Shown here: positions 29,350 through 40,256 of the stretch, piece after piece
Layout: each line of letters begins with the position of its first letter
Position numbering within the stretch: position 1 is the stretch's first letter
Assembly (NCBI GenBank): GCA_000092065.1
Contig: CP000589.1
DNA from: Ostreococcus lucimarinus
Lineage: Eukaryota
Direction: 5' to 3' (one strand)
Length of the DNA stretch: 64,000 bases
The notes under the pieces: generated by a model
Seen by the model: only the letters and a program-made list of their open reading frames with translations
The model's database searches: none
Told to the model about the DNA's origin: nothing
Position numbers and translations under genes: made by a program

Positions 29350-30441
29350 ATGACGATTTCATTCGCCGCGGCGGCGGCGGCGGCTTCGACGTCGACCGCG
29401 CGCGCGCGTCGACCGCGCGCGCGCGTCGACGCGGCGACGCGCGACGGCGACGGCGACCGCGCGCGTCGCCGCGTCGTCTGTCGCCTCGCGCGCGCGCCGC
29501 AGCGGCTGAGCGCCAACAAAAAGCGCGCGAAGCGCGAGCGCGAGGACGCGCGGCGAGAGGCGCGAAAAGTGTCGCGCGAGGACGGCGCGCTGCGCGGCCG
29601 GGTCGAGGACGCCGAGCACGAGGCGCGACGGTGGCTCGGACAACACTTTTTGGTGGACGCGAGCGTGGTGACGGACGCGGTGGAGGCGGCGAGGCTGGGA
29701 GCGGGGGAGCGAGTGCTGGAGATTGGACCGGGGACGGGAAACTTGACGAACGAGATGCTGAAGCGCGGGGCGCGCGTGTTGGCGGTGGAGAAGGATAGGA
29801 ATTTAGCGGAGAAATTACGGGAAGGGTTGTGCGTGGAGTATAAAGATGCGTTCGAGTTGGTGGAGGGGGATTTTTTGAAGTGGGACGGATTGGCGACGGC
29901 GTTTGAGCGCGCGACGCCGGAGACGCCGAGGGCGAAAGTGGTGGCGAATATTCCGTACAACATCACCACAGACGTGTTGAAGGTGTTGCTTCCGATGGGT
30001 GACACGTTTGAGGATATGATTTTTATGTTTCAAGAGGAAGTGGCGCAGCGTTTGGTGCGCGACGACGCCGGCGGCGGAGACTATCGGGCGATGAGCGTTC
30101 GCGTCCACTACTACTCCAAGCCGTATTACATCCGTCCAGTTTTGCGTGATTGCTTCATGCCGCCGCCGAACGTGGAATCGTGTTTAATCGGATTCAAGCC
30201 GAAAGAGCCGCACGAGCTCTTACCCTTGAACGGCACCGACAAGCAATTCTTCACCTTTGTCCAGGCGTGCTTCGCGCAAAAGCGTAAAATGTTACGCAAC
30301 AACCTCAAGGCGGTGTGCGACGAGGCGACGATGGACGGCGCGTTCGCGTTGCTCGACCGCGGACTTAAAGTTCGTCCGCAAGAGCTCACCATGGAGGAGT
30401 ACGTCAAACTATTCAATTTCGTACGCGATCGAGAGACGTGA
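29350..30441 (+). CDS. 16S/18S rRNA (adenine-N6,N6)-dimethyltransferase of the KsgA/Dim1 family, with an organellar presequence (PFC1/TFB1M-like).
   Basis: WLGQHFLVD...VLEIGPGTGNLT...ANIPYNITT and the C-terminal helical domain. An Ala/Arg-rich leader. Confidence 0.88.
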   Translation: MTISFAAAAAAASTSTARARRPRARVDAATRDGDGDRARRRVVCRLARAPQRLSANKKRAKREREDARREARKVSREDGALRGRVEDAEHEARRWLGQHFLVDASVVTDAVEAARLGAGERVLEIGPGTGNLTNEMLKRGARVLAVEKDRNLAEKLREGLCVEYKDAFELVEGDFLKWDGLATAFERATPETPRAKVVANIPYNITTDVLKVLLPMGDTFEDMIFMFQEEVAQRLVRDDAGGGDYRAMSVRVHYYSKPYYIRPVLRDCFMPPPNVESCLIGFKPKEPHELLPLNGTDKQFFTFVQACFAQKRKMLRNNLKAVCDEATMDGAFALLDRGLKVRPQELTMEEYVKLFNFVRDRET

Positions 30442-30494
30442 GCTCGCGTCTCGCGTCGTTGTAGCATTACATCGTTACCATATAATGTGTACTC

Positions 30495-30769
30495 TCACGC
30501 GCTCGCCTTCATGAACAACTGCACCCCGTGCACGATGCTCCACACCCATCCGACGAAGAACACGAAACACATCAACCACATCATCGCGAAACACTTCAAC
30601 CCTTCGAACGTTTTGTTTGCGGTCACGCACGCGACGAGCGTCCCCACTCCGGGGAAGATGATGTTCAGCACCATGGCGACGATGGCGATCGGTTTTTTCG
30701 CCTTGACGAGGGCATCGTCGTGCGTTTTGCGCAAAAAATCTTGAATCTTTTTCAGCGTGTCGCTCATCT
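30495..30769 (-). CDS. Small (~90 aa) two-TM membrane protein starting MSDTLKKIQDFL, possibly SPEC3/Stum-like. The Arg-rich ORF upstream of this Met is probably 5' UTR.
   Basis: KKPIAIVAMVLNIIFPGVGTLVACV and CFAMMWLMCFVFFVGWVWSIVHGV form a hydrophobic hairpin. The LNxxFPGxGT motif is suggestive only. Confidence 0.35.
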
Positions 30770-30919
30770 CGTGCTTCGCGCGTTCCAGGCGTCGTCGTCG
30801 TCGAGGGAGAGGCTCGTTTTGACGACGCGGTCGGTCTGGGCGGTCGGTCGGTCGGTCGCGGCGCAAACTGGAATCTGATAAAATACAACACGAATAAAGC
30901 CTAAATGCGGGCGAAGCGC

Positions 30920-31531
30920 TCATCCGAACGTGTTCAACGCGCCCTGGGTTTGCTCTAGAAAGCTCGCGAGTCGCGCGCGGGCGACTTTCGCCGCCGCCGG
31001 CTTGGCGCGCTCCGTCTCGTCGTCGTCCTCCGGCGGCGCGCGCCACGACTCGGCGAGCGGGCCGTCCCACCATCCGAACGGTACGTCCCGCAATCGCGCG
31101 TCGTGCGCTCGCAGAGCCTGCGCTATGAATTCTGCATCCTCAACGCTCACTTTACGCGCGTCTTCGTGCACGGTGGGCGTGAGTAAGACGCCTCCCGGAA
31201 TCGTCCCGGCGTCTCCGCGTCCGCCCAGCAGCGCGCGCGCCAGCGCCGTCGTCGGCGGCGACGCGCGCGAATCGCCGCGTATCATCACCACGCCTCGCGC
31301 GCTCGCGAGATTTAAGTACGCGTTCGACGCGCTCACGCCCCAGCACTTGGCGCACGCCGCGTCGTCGCGCGTCGTCGTCGTCGTCGTCTCGTCGCGCGCT
31401 GTCCCAGGGGGCGTCGCGCGCGCGGCGCCGGCGAAATCCGGCGGCAGCGCCACGGCGAAGATGGCGCGGTAGGGCTCGATGGCGGCGAAAAATGCGTCGC
31501 CTCTGAGCACGCCTCGCGCCGCGCCGCGCAT
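30920..31531 (-). CDS. Hypothetical protein (203 aa) with no recognised domain.
   Basis: An ORF with coding-like GC3 bias between two confident genes (MRGAARGVLRGDAFFAAIEPYRAIFAVALPP...). Confidence 0.3.
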   Translation of the reverse strand: MRGAARGVLRGDAFFAAIEPYRAIFAVALPPDFAGAARATPPGTARDETTTTTTRDDAACAKCWGVSASNAYLNLASARGVVMIRGDSRASPPTTALARALLGGRGDAGTIPGGVLLTPTVHEDARKVSVEDAEFIAQALRAHDARLRDVPFGWWDGPLAESWRAPPEDDDETERAKPAAAKVARARLASFLEQTQGALNTFG

Positions 31532-31663
31532 GGCGATTCCGCGCGTCGCGGAGTGCGCCGGAGCGGGCGCTTTCGAACGCGACGGTTTCGATTCCTCGTG
31601 CTAAAAGTTTGGTCTGCGCTAAAATGTTTCTACTGATTGCGACTGCTCGACCGCGACGTTGGG

Positions 31664-32299
31664 TCAATCCAACCCGTCGTGCGCCTCGACCGCGGCGCCA
31701 CCGCCCGTCATCTCTCGCTTCAACGCGGCGATGCGCTTCGCCACGTCCGGGTCCTCCTCCGCCTCTGACTCGGCGGATTTGCGCTTCTTGGTCGCCTTCT
31801 TCTCCACGTCCTCGGTGATCGGTGTGTTCCACCAGATTGGACCGCCCATGATACCGTCCCCGGAACAACACGAGATGCATCCCGTCTTCACGTTCGGCGT
31901 CAAGCGCTGTTGCGGCGCTCTCGACGCCATCGGCACGCGACAGATGCTCGCCGTGCCGAAATTCGTCGCCGACTTTTGAATCGACAAGAGCGAACACAAA
32001 TTCTCGTACCCTGGTTTGCGCCATTTTGAAATCAGCGCCTGATCAGCGATTTTCTCGCGGCACAAGTAATCGTACAGCTCGCGCTTCAACGCTTTGCGCT
32101 TGTACATCAAATCGAATACGAAGCGATTCTTCTCCCAGTGAATCCTGTGAATTCGCCACGACAACTCATTCTTCCTCTTCCCCTCGTGCTCCTCGTTCAC
32201 CGCGTCCTTCATCTGATTCTCGAAATCCTCGATCGCGTGTTCGATCATATCGAACCCCTCGGGCGGCTGTTTCCCTTTCAATCGTCGTCGAAACGACAT
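31664..32299 (-). CDS. BUD31: Pre-mRNA splicing factor BUD31/G10, with a C-terminal acidic extension.
   Basis: MIEHAIEDFENQMKDAVNEEHEGKRKNELSWRIHRIHWEKNRFVFDLMYKRKALKRELYDYLCREKIADQALISKWRKPGYENLC...TNFGTASICRVP is a strong match to the G10 family. Confidence 0.9.
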   Translation of the reverse strand: MSFRRRLKGKQPPEGFDMIEHAIEDFENQMKDAVNEEHEGKRKNELSWRIHRIHWEKNRFVFDLMYKRKALKRELYDYLCREKIADQALISKWRKPGYENLCSLLSIQKSATNFGTASICRVPMASRAPQQRLTPNVKTGCISCCSGDGIMGGPIWWNTPITEDVEKKATKKRKSAESEAEEDPDVAKRIAALKREMTGGGAAVEAHDGLD

Positions 32300-32549
32300 C
32301 GCGCCTCGCGTTGGCTTAGGGATTCACCGGGACGATTGGCGTCGAAATATCACCCGTCGCCGCGCGAGGAGACTGTGATGCGCGCCGCGCACCGCTTAGG
32401 GACGTGGACGTTGGATCACGCACTGTCGTGCGAACGCGCGCGCGCGTGATTCGGACGACGACGATTTGAAGACGCGCTGAGGAATGAGAACAAAGTCTAC
32501 GCGCGCGAGCGCCGACGCCTCGCGGCGGATGGTTTCAAAATCTAAATGT

Positions 32550-33938
32550 CTAGTTGTCGACCGAAATTACGCGTCCCGTGGCGTCGCGCGTGAGCTTAGA
32601 GTCGTCGCCGCCGTCCGCGGCGCGCCAAGCGACGTCGAGCTCGGGGCGGATGGCTCGCAGATTGTTGACGAGTCGCTCCCACTCGTCGTCTTGGGCGCCG
32701 GGATTGCCACCGACGACGAGCGTTCGTAAATCAGAGAAAGTCTGAGGGTTTTCGAACGCTTTGACGACCGCGCGGAGGCCTTCGACGGTTAAACCCACGG
32801 CACCGAGGTCGAGGAGCGTGAGAGAAGATCCTTGGCCGGCGCCGAAAATTTTTGCGACTCCGGCGTCGCCGAGTCCGGCGTTGTCGAAGAGCGCGAGAGA
32901 CTTTGAAGCCTTCAGCACAAACCCCAATGAGTCGGCCGCGTCGACGGTGATCGCGCACGCTCCGAGATCAAGTGATTCTGGCACTCGAGTCCCGAACGCA
33001 CCCTTCGCGAGCGTGGCTAATCCAGCGTCACCGAACGCGTTGCCTCGTAAATTCGCACTCACCAAATTTGGACACGCGGCGAGGAAGCTGTCGAGCGCCT
33101 CGACGTCTTTCGCGTCCTCGATCTCGCACTGCACGAACTCAACCGCGGTGATGCTTAATTTTTGCGTTCCAATCGTGAACAGGCCATCGCCGAAGCACGC
33201 GTGAGCGCCCCCTTTACCGAGCTTCACGCCGTTCATCTCTAGCGCCTCCACGCTCGCTCGCGACGCCAAACCCGCGCCCACGGCGCGCAACCCTTCCGCT
33301 CCGATGGCGCATCTCGTCAAACCCAGTCGCTTCAACGGGCACGGTGACTTCAAGAACTCCCCCAGTGCGCTCGCGCTGGCGGTATCGAGCGCGTTATCCG
33401 TCAAATCGAGCGTCTCGAGCGTCGCTCCCTCGCTCGCTCCGTTAAACGTCGCCGCGTATCCCACCGCGCCCAATTTCTCATTCCTCCCCAACCGCAGCTC
33501 GCGCATCGCGCACTGCGCCATGCACTTCCCCAACGCCCGTCCGTGCTCGTCTCGCACGCCTTTATACTCTAAATCGAGCCTCTCCAGCGCCGCTCCGTGC
33601 GCCGCGCCCCGCAGCGTCGTCTCCAGCGCGCTCTCCGTCCCGTCGTCCCCATCGTCCCCGAACGTTTCGTCTCCCACGCACATCGACTTGATGGACGTAT
33701 TTATCGCCAAGCACGCCGCCCACGCGCGCGCCGCGGGCGCGCTCACGCGATGCCCCGAGGCGTAAAACTCTCGCACGTGTTCATTCTCCTCGAGCGCCTT
33801 CGCCGTGGCGATTTGCGTCGCTTCGTCGAACGCGCGCACGCGCAGCACGTGCACCGATCGAAGCGCGGCGTCGTTCGCTTCGATGCGCGCGAGCCAGGAC
33901 GGTCGATCGCCCTCGGGCGCGCTTTTACCCCACGCCAT
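32550..33938 (-). CDS. Ribonuclease-inhibitor-type (RNI-like) leucine-rich-repeat protein with a tropomodulin-like N-terminal LRR cap.
   Basis: Repeating LxxLDLxxNxLGDAGxxAL units. N-terminal NDAALRSVHVLRVRAFDEATQIATAKALEENEHVREF. Confidence 0.6.
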   Translation of the reverse strand: MAWGKSAPEGDRPSWLARIEANDAALRSVHVLRVRAFDEATQIATAKALEENEHVREFYASGHRVSAPAARAWAACLAINTSIKSMCVGDETFGDDGDDGTESALETTLRGAAHGAALERLDLEYKGVRDEHGRALGKCMAQCAMRELRLGRNEKLGAVGYAATFNGASEGATLETLDLTDNALDTASASALGEFLKSPCPLKRLGLTRCAIGAEGLRAVGAGLASRASVEALEMNGVKLGKGGAHACFGDGLFTIGTQKLSITAVEFVQCEIEDAKDVEALDSFLAACPNLVSANLRGNAFGDAGLATLAKGAFGTRVPESLDLGACAITVDAADSLGFVLKASKSLALFDNAGLGDAGVAKIFGAGQGSSLTLLDLGAVGLTVEGLRAVVKAFENPQTFSDLRTLVVGGNPGAQDDEWERLVNNLRAIRPELDVAWRAADGGDDSKLTRDATGRVISVDN

Positions 33939-33981
33939 CGGCGCGCGCGCGCGACGCGCGGGACGAACGGCGCGGCACTCA

Positions 33982-34872
33982 ATGACGCTTCGACGCCTCG
34001 TGGCGCGATGCGCGACGACCGCGAGAGCGTCGACGAGCGCCGCGGCGATCGATGCGTCGCGCGCGACGCGAGTGCGACGTCACGAGACGTCGGCGGTGAA
34101 GGATGACGCGGGAAAGTTGCCGGGACAAGTGGACGCGAGGGAAAAGGCAAAGTTTGAAGCGGACGCCGCGCTGTGGTGGAACGAAGGCGAGGGCCCGTTC
34201 GCGGCGCTGCACGCGATGAATCCGGTGCGGGTGCGGTTCATACGGGACGGCCTGGTCGGACAGTACGGCGATGTGCTGGGCGGGAACGGGCCGGGGGCGG
34301 CGCTGCGCGGGTTGAAAATTTTAGACGTCGGCTGCGGGGGGGGGATATTGGCGGAGAGTTTGGCTCGATTGGGAGCGCAAGTGACGGCTATTGATGCGGG
34401 TGCGGCTAACATAGCGATCGCGCGCGCGCACGCGGAGTTGGATCCGGATTTAGTGAAGAATTTGAAGTACGAGGCGGTGACGGCGGAGGAACTCGTCGAA
34501 CGCGGCGAAACGTTTGACTGCGTGACGAGTTTGGAGGTCATCGAGCACGTCACCGATCCGTTGGAGTTCACGAAATCGATTGCGAAATTAGTGAAACCGA
34601 AAGGCGCGTTGTTCGTGAGCACGATCAATCGTACGGCGAGATCGTTCGCGTTCGCCATCTTGGCGGCGGAACGCGTGCTCGGCCTCGTGCCGCCGGGAAC
34701 ACATCAGTTCTCAAAGTTTCTCACCCCTGGAGAGATTGCGATGATGGCGGGTCACGCGAATTGTGAGATGGTCGAGCTCGCGGGGATGGTCTACGACCCG
34801 TTGCGAAACAAATGGTCGTTATCTTCCGACACGCAAATCAACTTCATCGCGCACTGCGTCAAGTCGTCGTGA
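33982..34872 (+). CDS. COQ3: Ubiquinone biosynthesis O-methyltransferase (COQ3/UbiG, class I SAM-dependent methyltransferase) with a mitochondrial-type presequence.
   Basis: EKAKFEADAALWWNEGEGPFAALHAMNPVRVRFIRD...ILDVGCGGGILAESLARLGAQVTAIDAGAANI...EVIEHV matches the UbiG signature regions. The start is taken at MTLRRLVARC. Confidence 0.88.
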   Translation: MTLRRLVARCATTARASTSAAAIDASRATRVRRHETSAVKDDAGKLPGQVDAREKAKFEADAALWWNEGEGPFAALHAMNPVRVRFIRDGLVGQYGDVLGGNGPGAALRGLKILDVGCGGGILAESLARLGAQVTAIDAGAANIAIARAHAELDPDLVKNLKYEAVTAEELVERGETFDCVTSLEVIEHVTDPLEFTKSIAKLVKPKGALFVSTINRTARSFAFAILAAERVLGLVPPGTHQFSKFLTPGEIAMMAGHANCEMVELAGMVYDPLRNKWSLSSDTQINFIAHCVKSS

Positions 34873-34954
34873 GTAAGCGCAGACGAATCGTTAGTTTTAG
34901 AGATTTATTTTATCATACACCGAAGCACGCGTCACGCATATTTCATCACGCGCG

Positions 34955-35491
34955 CTACGCCACGTCCCTGATCGCTATACGGCTCAGCACGGCGTCCGCT
35001 AAACTACCGATCTCGAGCTCATTCTCGTGCACCTTGTACCACTTCTTCAACGCCGCCTCGTCCACCGCCGGCCGCGCGTCGAACGCCACGAGCTCTCCCT
35101 TCACCACGCTTCGCACGCGCTCTAAATCTTCGTCGTTCGCGTCGAACTTACACACGATCAACGCCCTCGTGTTCTCGTCGCCGCCGAAGCGTCGAAACGC
35201 CTCGCTGATGTGCCGCGTCGGCGACAGACAAAACACCAGCTCGCTGTGCACCGCGCGCGTCACCATCGCCCCTCGCTCGCACGCGAGCGCCGCCTTGTAC
35301 GCCGCCAACTCCACGCACGCCAGGCTCGCGATCGCGCGCGCGTCCATCACCGCGCACTCGAGCGTCCCGTCGCGCACCGCCGCGCGCACCTCCTCGGCGT
35401 TCGCGACGTCCGCGAACGTCCACACCGCGAGCTCGCGCGCGGCGCCGCGAGCGGACGTCTTCGGCAGGCGCAGCGCGCGCGACGGCGTCAT
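34955..35491 (-). CDS. CGI121: EKC/KEOPS complex subunit Cgi121/TPRKB.
   Basis: Co-linear with TPRKB: FADVANAEEVRAAVRDGTLECAVMDARAI...LVFCLSPTRHISEAFRRFG...SLADAVLSRIAIRDV. Confidence 0.8.
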   Translation of the reverse strand: MTPSRALRLPKTSARGAARELAVWTFADVANAEEVRAAVRDGTLECAVMDARAIASLACVELAAYKAALACERGAMVTRAVHSELVFCLSPTRHISEAFRRFGGDENTRALIVCKFDANDEDLERVRSVVKGELVAFDARPAVDEAALKKWYKVHENELEIGSLADAVLSRIAIRDVA

Positions 35492-36264
35492 CCGCGCCGC
35501 TCGCGCGCGCGCTCGCGGTCGTCGTCCCGAATCGTCACTCGCGCGCGCGGCGATGACGACGACGTCCGACGCGCGCGCGAGCGCGAGCGCGAGCGCGAGC
35601 GCGCGTCGCCGCGCGAGCGAATCCCTGCGCGTGCTTCGCGACGGCGCCTACGCGCTCGCGCCGATCGCGTCGCCCGAGGACGACGCCGCGCTCGCGCTCG
35701 ACGGCGACGCCGCGCTCGACGGCGACGCGCGGCGACGCGACGACGCGACGACGCGCGTCGCCGTCCCGGTCGCGCTCGGCGCGAGCGAGCGGCGCGCGTT
35801 CGCGGACGCCGTCGCGGCGTCCGCGCGGGCGTCGAGGCGCGGATCGAGCGGCGCGCGGCGCGCGACGACGCCGCGCGCGACGCTCGAGCGCACCGAGAGC
35901 GAGCGCGCGCTCGAGGCGCTCGCGGCGACGGCGACGGCGACGTAGGCCGGTAGCCGCAGGCGTTAGGCGCGCGTGTATTTTACTCACCTCGATCGCGCGA
36001 CGACGCGTCGGATCGCCGCGCGCTCTGAGCGCGCGGCGATCGCATCGGTCGACGACGCGCGCGGTCGACCGCGCGACGCGACACATCCAGCCTCGCCTCG
36101 CTCGCGAGCGCCGCGGACGCGGACGCGCGGTCGAGCGCGGAACGACGTCGACGTCGACGCGGAATCGACCGCGCGAACGAGACCGTCGTCGTCGACGCGC
36201 GACGCGCGACGCGCGAATCGCGAATCCGAAATCGCGACGGAAACCTCGCGCTCGAACGCGCGCG

Positions 36265-36591
36265 GTGACGATGAGCGATGAAGAGGCGCGCGCGAGCGCC
36301 GTGCCGGCGTCGGCGATGCTGTTCGCGGTGCACAAACACCTGCAAACGCGATGCGCGGAGAAGACGAGCGCGTTCTTGAAGTGCAAGAAGGGCGATCAAG
36401 ACCCGGAAAAGTGCCTGCGACAGGGCGCGGCGATGACGGGGTGTCTGGTGGAGGTGCTCAGGGACTTGAAGGCGACGTGTGGGGATGAATTGAACGCGTA
36501 CGCGGAGTGCTTAGATTACAGGAGCAATAACTTTGAAAAGTGTCGGCGGGAACAAGAGGCGTTTGAGACGAAGTGCTCGCTCGGGAAGTAA
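36265..36591 (+). CDS. NDUFA8: NADH dehydrogenase 1 alpha subcomplex subunit 8 (double CHCH, twin Cx9C complex I accessory subunit).
   Basis: Four C-x9/10-C pairs with NDUFA8 spacing: CAEKTSAFLKC, CLRQGAAMTGC, CGDELNAYAEC(LDY), CRREQEAFETKC. Confidence 0.8.
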   Translation: MTMSDEEARASAVPASAMLFAVHKHLQTRCAEKTSAFLKCKKGDQDPEKCLRQGAAMTGCLVEVLRDLKATCGDELNAYAECLDYRSNNFEKCRREQEAFETKCSLGK

Positions 36592-36641
36592 GCGTTTGGA
36601 ACGCATTTTTTTTATCGCATCGTAGCAAAGTAGAAACATCC

Positions 36642-39143
36642 TTAATCTCCCTTCACCACGCGCGCGCCGCCGGATTCAACCTTGACTGAACGTAAAGGGC
36701 GGCGAACGAGCGATACGCACTGAATGACGTCCCCCATTCGGATGTCGACGACGTCTGCGAGAGCGATACCGCAGTCGCTACCTTTGCCGACGGCGTCGAC
36801 TTCGAGCCGGTGGCGGCGCATGGAAGAACAGTCGAGTAGCTCTTCGTGGATGCACACTCCGTCGCGAATCAACCTAAATTTCTCACCCGCTTTCATCGCT
36901 CCTTGGCCGACGACGCAGCCGGCGACGATGGTCGCGTTGTTGCCTTTCGCGCCGGACATGTCGAATATCTGCACGACGTTCGCCTCACCCTCGATTTGTT
37001 CGTGCTCCTCCATGGGCGCTAAGCCGGTGAGCATCTCTCCCACTTCGTCGAGTAAGTGGTAAATAACTCGGTGTCGAACGATGCGCACACCTTTCTGCTT
37101 GGCTAATTTCGCGAGCGAGTTGGGCGGCTCGCGCACGTTGAATCCCAGGACCGGAGCGCCGATGGCAGCGCTCAAGCTTATATCGCTTTCCGTGATGGCG
37201 CCAACGCCCATGAACACGACCTTCAATCCAACGGCTTCAGATGCGAGCCCTAAAAGAGCGTCGCGCACAGCTTCTGCCGTTCCTTGAACGTCAGCCTTGA
37301 TGATGACGTTTAAATGTCCTCGCTCTTCGGGATCAATTTCAGACTGATTCGCTGGCGCCGCCTCCTCGTCTTCACCTTTCATCCGCGCTTCGCGTTCTTC
37401 TCGTGCTTCGCTTATTCTCTTCGCTCTAGACTCGGATTCAACCATCGTGATGCTATCACCGGCCGAAGGAACCCCTTTCAAACCGACGAGCTCGAAAGGT
37501 TCAGCCGGACCAACGTGCGAGATTTGCTCGGCTTTGGCGTTGCGCAAGCTTCGAACTTTGCCATACTGATTACCCACGACCACATACGAACCGACTTTGA
37601 GCGTACCAGAGCGCAGTAATCCAGTAGCTGTCGGACCTTGCCCTTTATCTAACTTTGCCTCTAAAACAACACCATTAACTTTGCCCGAGAGAGACGCCTT
37701 TAACTCGAGCGCATCCGCCTCGAGGACGAGACACTCTTCCAATTCTGCCAATCCCTCACCTGTGATGGCTGAAATGGGAACACACTGCACTTTACCCCCG
37801 AATTCTTCTAATTCTATGCCCATGCTCCCGATCTCACTCTTCACTCGTCGTGGATCGGCATTTTCTCTATCAATCTTCGTAAGCGCGACGACCATCGGCA
37901 CCCCCGCCGCCTGTATGTGCGCCGCTGCCTCTCGCGTTTGTGGCATTACCCCATCATCCGCGGCGACAACAAGTACGGCAACATCCGTTGCCGTCGCTCC
38001 ACGCTGTCGCATCGCACTAAACGCGGCGTGACCGGGAGTATCGAGAAATGTCAGCGATCCGTGTCCGCCTGGAAGCTCGACGACGAAGGCGCCTATGTGT
38101 TGCGTGATTCCTCCCGCCTCGCCCGCGGCCACGGATGTCTTGCGCAACGAATCCAGCAGCGTCGTTTTCCCATGATCGACGTGTCCCATGACCGCCACTA
38201 CGCCTCGTCGCCGCACAACCTCTGTCGCGTCCGCGTTCGGATCCGGAGAGACGGAGATGTCCACGTTCAGTTCCAACCCGACCAACTCCATCACGTCCGT
38301 CGGCACCGCATCCTCGCTCGACGCCAAGGACTCACCCAAGTTCGCTAGCACAGTTTCTAAATCCCGAGTTTCCATCTCCAATACCCTCGCCAACTCTACC
38401 AAAGTCGTTCCCTCCGCGATCTCCGCGGCGCCGCCCGCGCGCGGACTCTCGAGCGACCGAGCCTCCCTCGCGTTCTCCCCGGCGGCGTCCTTCCTCTTCG
38501 CCCGCACCGTCCCTTTCCCAGCCACGCTAAATTTCCTATATTTAGAAATCTTTTCCTTCGTCTTCTTCGATCGCTTCCCGTCGCCGTCGTCCTCCTCCTC
38601 GTCAGCGGTGAGTTTCTTTCCCTTGTACCCGACGCGCGGCTTCTCTCTCGCCGTCGCGCTCGTCGCGCCCGTCCCGTCCCGACCCTTCGCCATCGTCATC
38701 ATCGACGACGTCCCGAACGATCTGCGCGCGCGCGACGACGGACGATCGCCGTCCGCGCGCGACGTCGTCGTCGTCCGCGCGCGAGCCGCCGCGAGCGCAC
38801 CAATCGCGCGCGCGTTCGCGGAATGCGGCGCGTCTCGCGCGTCCGAGCGCGCGCGCGCGCGATCGTCGACGCTCGGGGTCATCGTCGACAGCGCGCGCGT
38901 CGCGGCGCGGGCGCTCGTCGACGCGCGCGACGCCGCGCGACGAATCATCGTCGACGGCGCGCGCGACACACCGCGGCGATGACGGCGCGCGCGCTCGCGA
39001 CGACGTCGAGCGCGAGCGCGTCGACGAGCGCGCGCGCGCGTCGATGGAGCGCGCGCGCGACGCCGGACGCGAGGCGTCGACGAGTGTCGGCGGCGGCGAT
39101 GCGGCGCGGGCGTTCGGTGTCGACACCGCGCGAAGGCCGACAC
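36642..39143 (-). CDS. infB: Translation initiation factor IF-2 (bacterial/organellar type, presumably plastid). The real start may be an internal Met near ~38948.
   Basis: G domain GHVDHGKTTLLDSLR...DTPGHAAFSAMRQRG...ALTKID, plus the C-terminal IF-2 beta-barrel domains. A long Arg/Ala-rich leader. Confidence 0.93.
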   Translation of the reverse strand: MSAFARCRHRTPAPHRRRRHSSTPRVRRRARAPSTRARARRRARARRRRERARRHRRGVSRAPSTMIRRAASRASTSARAATRALSTMTPSVDDRARARSDARDAPHSANARAIGALAAARARTTTTSRADGDRPSSRARRSFGTSSMMTMAKGRDGTGATSATAREKPRVGYKGKKLTADEEEDDGDGKRSKKTKEKISKYRKFSVAGKGTVRAKRKDAAGENAREARSLESPRAGGAAEIAEGTTLVELARVLEMETRDLETVLANLGESLASSEDAVPTDVMELVGLELNVDISVSPDPNADATEVVRRRGVVAVMGHVDHGKTTLLDSLRKTSVAAGEAGGITQHIGAFVVELPGGHGSLTFLDTPGHAAFSAMRQRGATATDVAVLVVAADDGVMPQTREAAAHIQAAGVPMVVALTKIDRENADPRRVKSEIGSMGIELEEFGGKVQCVPISAITGEGLAELEECLVLEADALELKASLSGKVNGVVLEAKLDKGQGPTATGLLRSGTLKVGSYVVVGNQYGKVRSLRNAKAEQISHVGPAEPFELVGLKGVPSAGDSITMVESESRAKRISEAREEREARMKGEDEEAAPANQSEIDPEERGHLNVIIKADVQGTAEAVRDALLGLASEAVGLKVVFMGVGAITESDISLSAAIGAPVLGFNVREPPNSLAKLAKQKGVRIVRHRVIYHLLDEVGEMLTGLAPMEEHEQIEGEANVVQIFDMSGAKGNNATIVAGCVVGQGAMKAGEKFRLIRDGVCIHEELLDCSSMRRHRLEVDAVGKGSDCGIALADVVDIRMGDVIQCVSLVRRPLRSVKVESGGARVVKGD

Positions 39144-40256
39144 CGAAGACGCGTCGACGCGCGCTCGAGGGCGAGCGAGGACGATCCGGACGGCGAGGAC
39201 GATACCTCGGACGCGCGCGGGAGCGACGACGGCGTTCGGGCGGTGAAGGCGTGGTTGCGAGAGAACTTTTTCTTCGCGGGCGTGGGGGCGGCGGCGTGCG
39301 CGAGCGCGTCGCCAGAGTTTCGCGACGTCGTGGAGTCGTTCGGTGGTGCGGCGGGAGGGTCGTGGGGGTCGGGAGGGTTGGAAAAGTATGCCATCGCAGC
39401 CTTATTCTTCATCGCGGGCGTTGGATTACCGGTGAGAGCGTTGAAGGAAGCCGCGAGCGACGTGTCGCTCAACGCGTTTACGCAGGCGTTCATCTTCGTC
39501 TTTCCGACGATCGTCATAGCCGCAGCCGCGCCGGTTTTGATTGAATCGGGGTGGTTGAGCGAGAACGTGGTCGATGGTTTATTCGTGTTGGCGTGCTTGC
39601 CCACGACAGTAGGTTCCGGCGTGGCGTTCACGCGGTCGGCGAACGGGAACGTCGAAGCCGCCTTGCTGAATTCCATGGCGGCGAACCTCGCGGGTATTTT
39701 CTTGACCCCTGCGTTGATACATTTCTATCTCGGCGCCGACAGCTCGGTGGATCCGATCGCATCGAGTTCGAAGCTGCTCGTTCAAGCATTTTTACCCGTC
39801 GCTCTCGGTATGAGCTTGCGTTTGATCCCGGGCGTGGCGTCCGCCGCCGAGGGCGGCTTGAAGGAGCCGAGCAAACTGCTCGGCGATGCCATTTTGCTCG
39901 CCATCATCGCCAAAACCTTCGTCACAGCGGAACAAAGCGAGGCGGGGATGTTAGATTTCAACTCAAGCGCACACTTAGTGAGCGTCTTGTTGGTGTTCAT
40001 GCTCTTGCACAAGGGATCGATTTTTTTGGCGGCGTCTCGCGTCGGCGCCTTCTCGCGCGAGGACGTCGTCTGCGCCCTATACATGGGTTCGCACAAAACC
40101 TTAGCGTTCGGCTTGCCTTTGATATCGACCACGTTCGAGGGCGATCCCAATCTCGCGTCTTATGTGCTTCCCTTGGTGATTTACCACCCCCTTCAAATAT
40201 TCGCGAGCTCGCTCCTCGCGCGCCCTCTGGCGCGGTACGAGAAGCGGCGCGAATGA
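39089..40256 (+). CDS. Bile acid:sodium symporter (BASS/SBF-like) family transporter with an organellar leader. The start is uncertain.
   Basis: About 8-10 hydrophobic helices with FFIAGVGLP...LACLPTTVGSGVAFT...MGSHKTLAFGLPL motifs. The upstream ORF portion (38823-39088) overlaps the IF-2 5' end and is probably not translated. Confidence 0.7.
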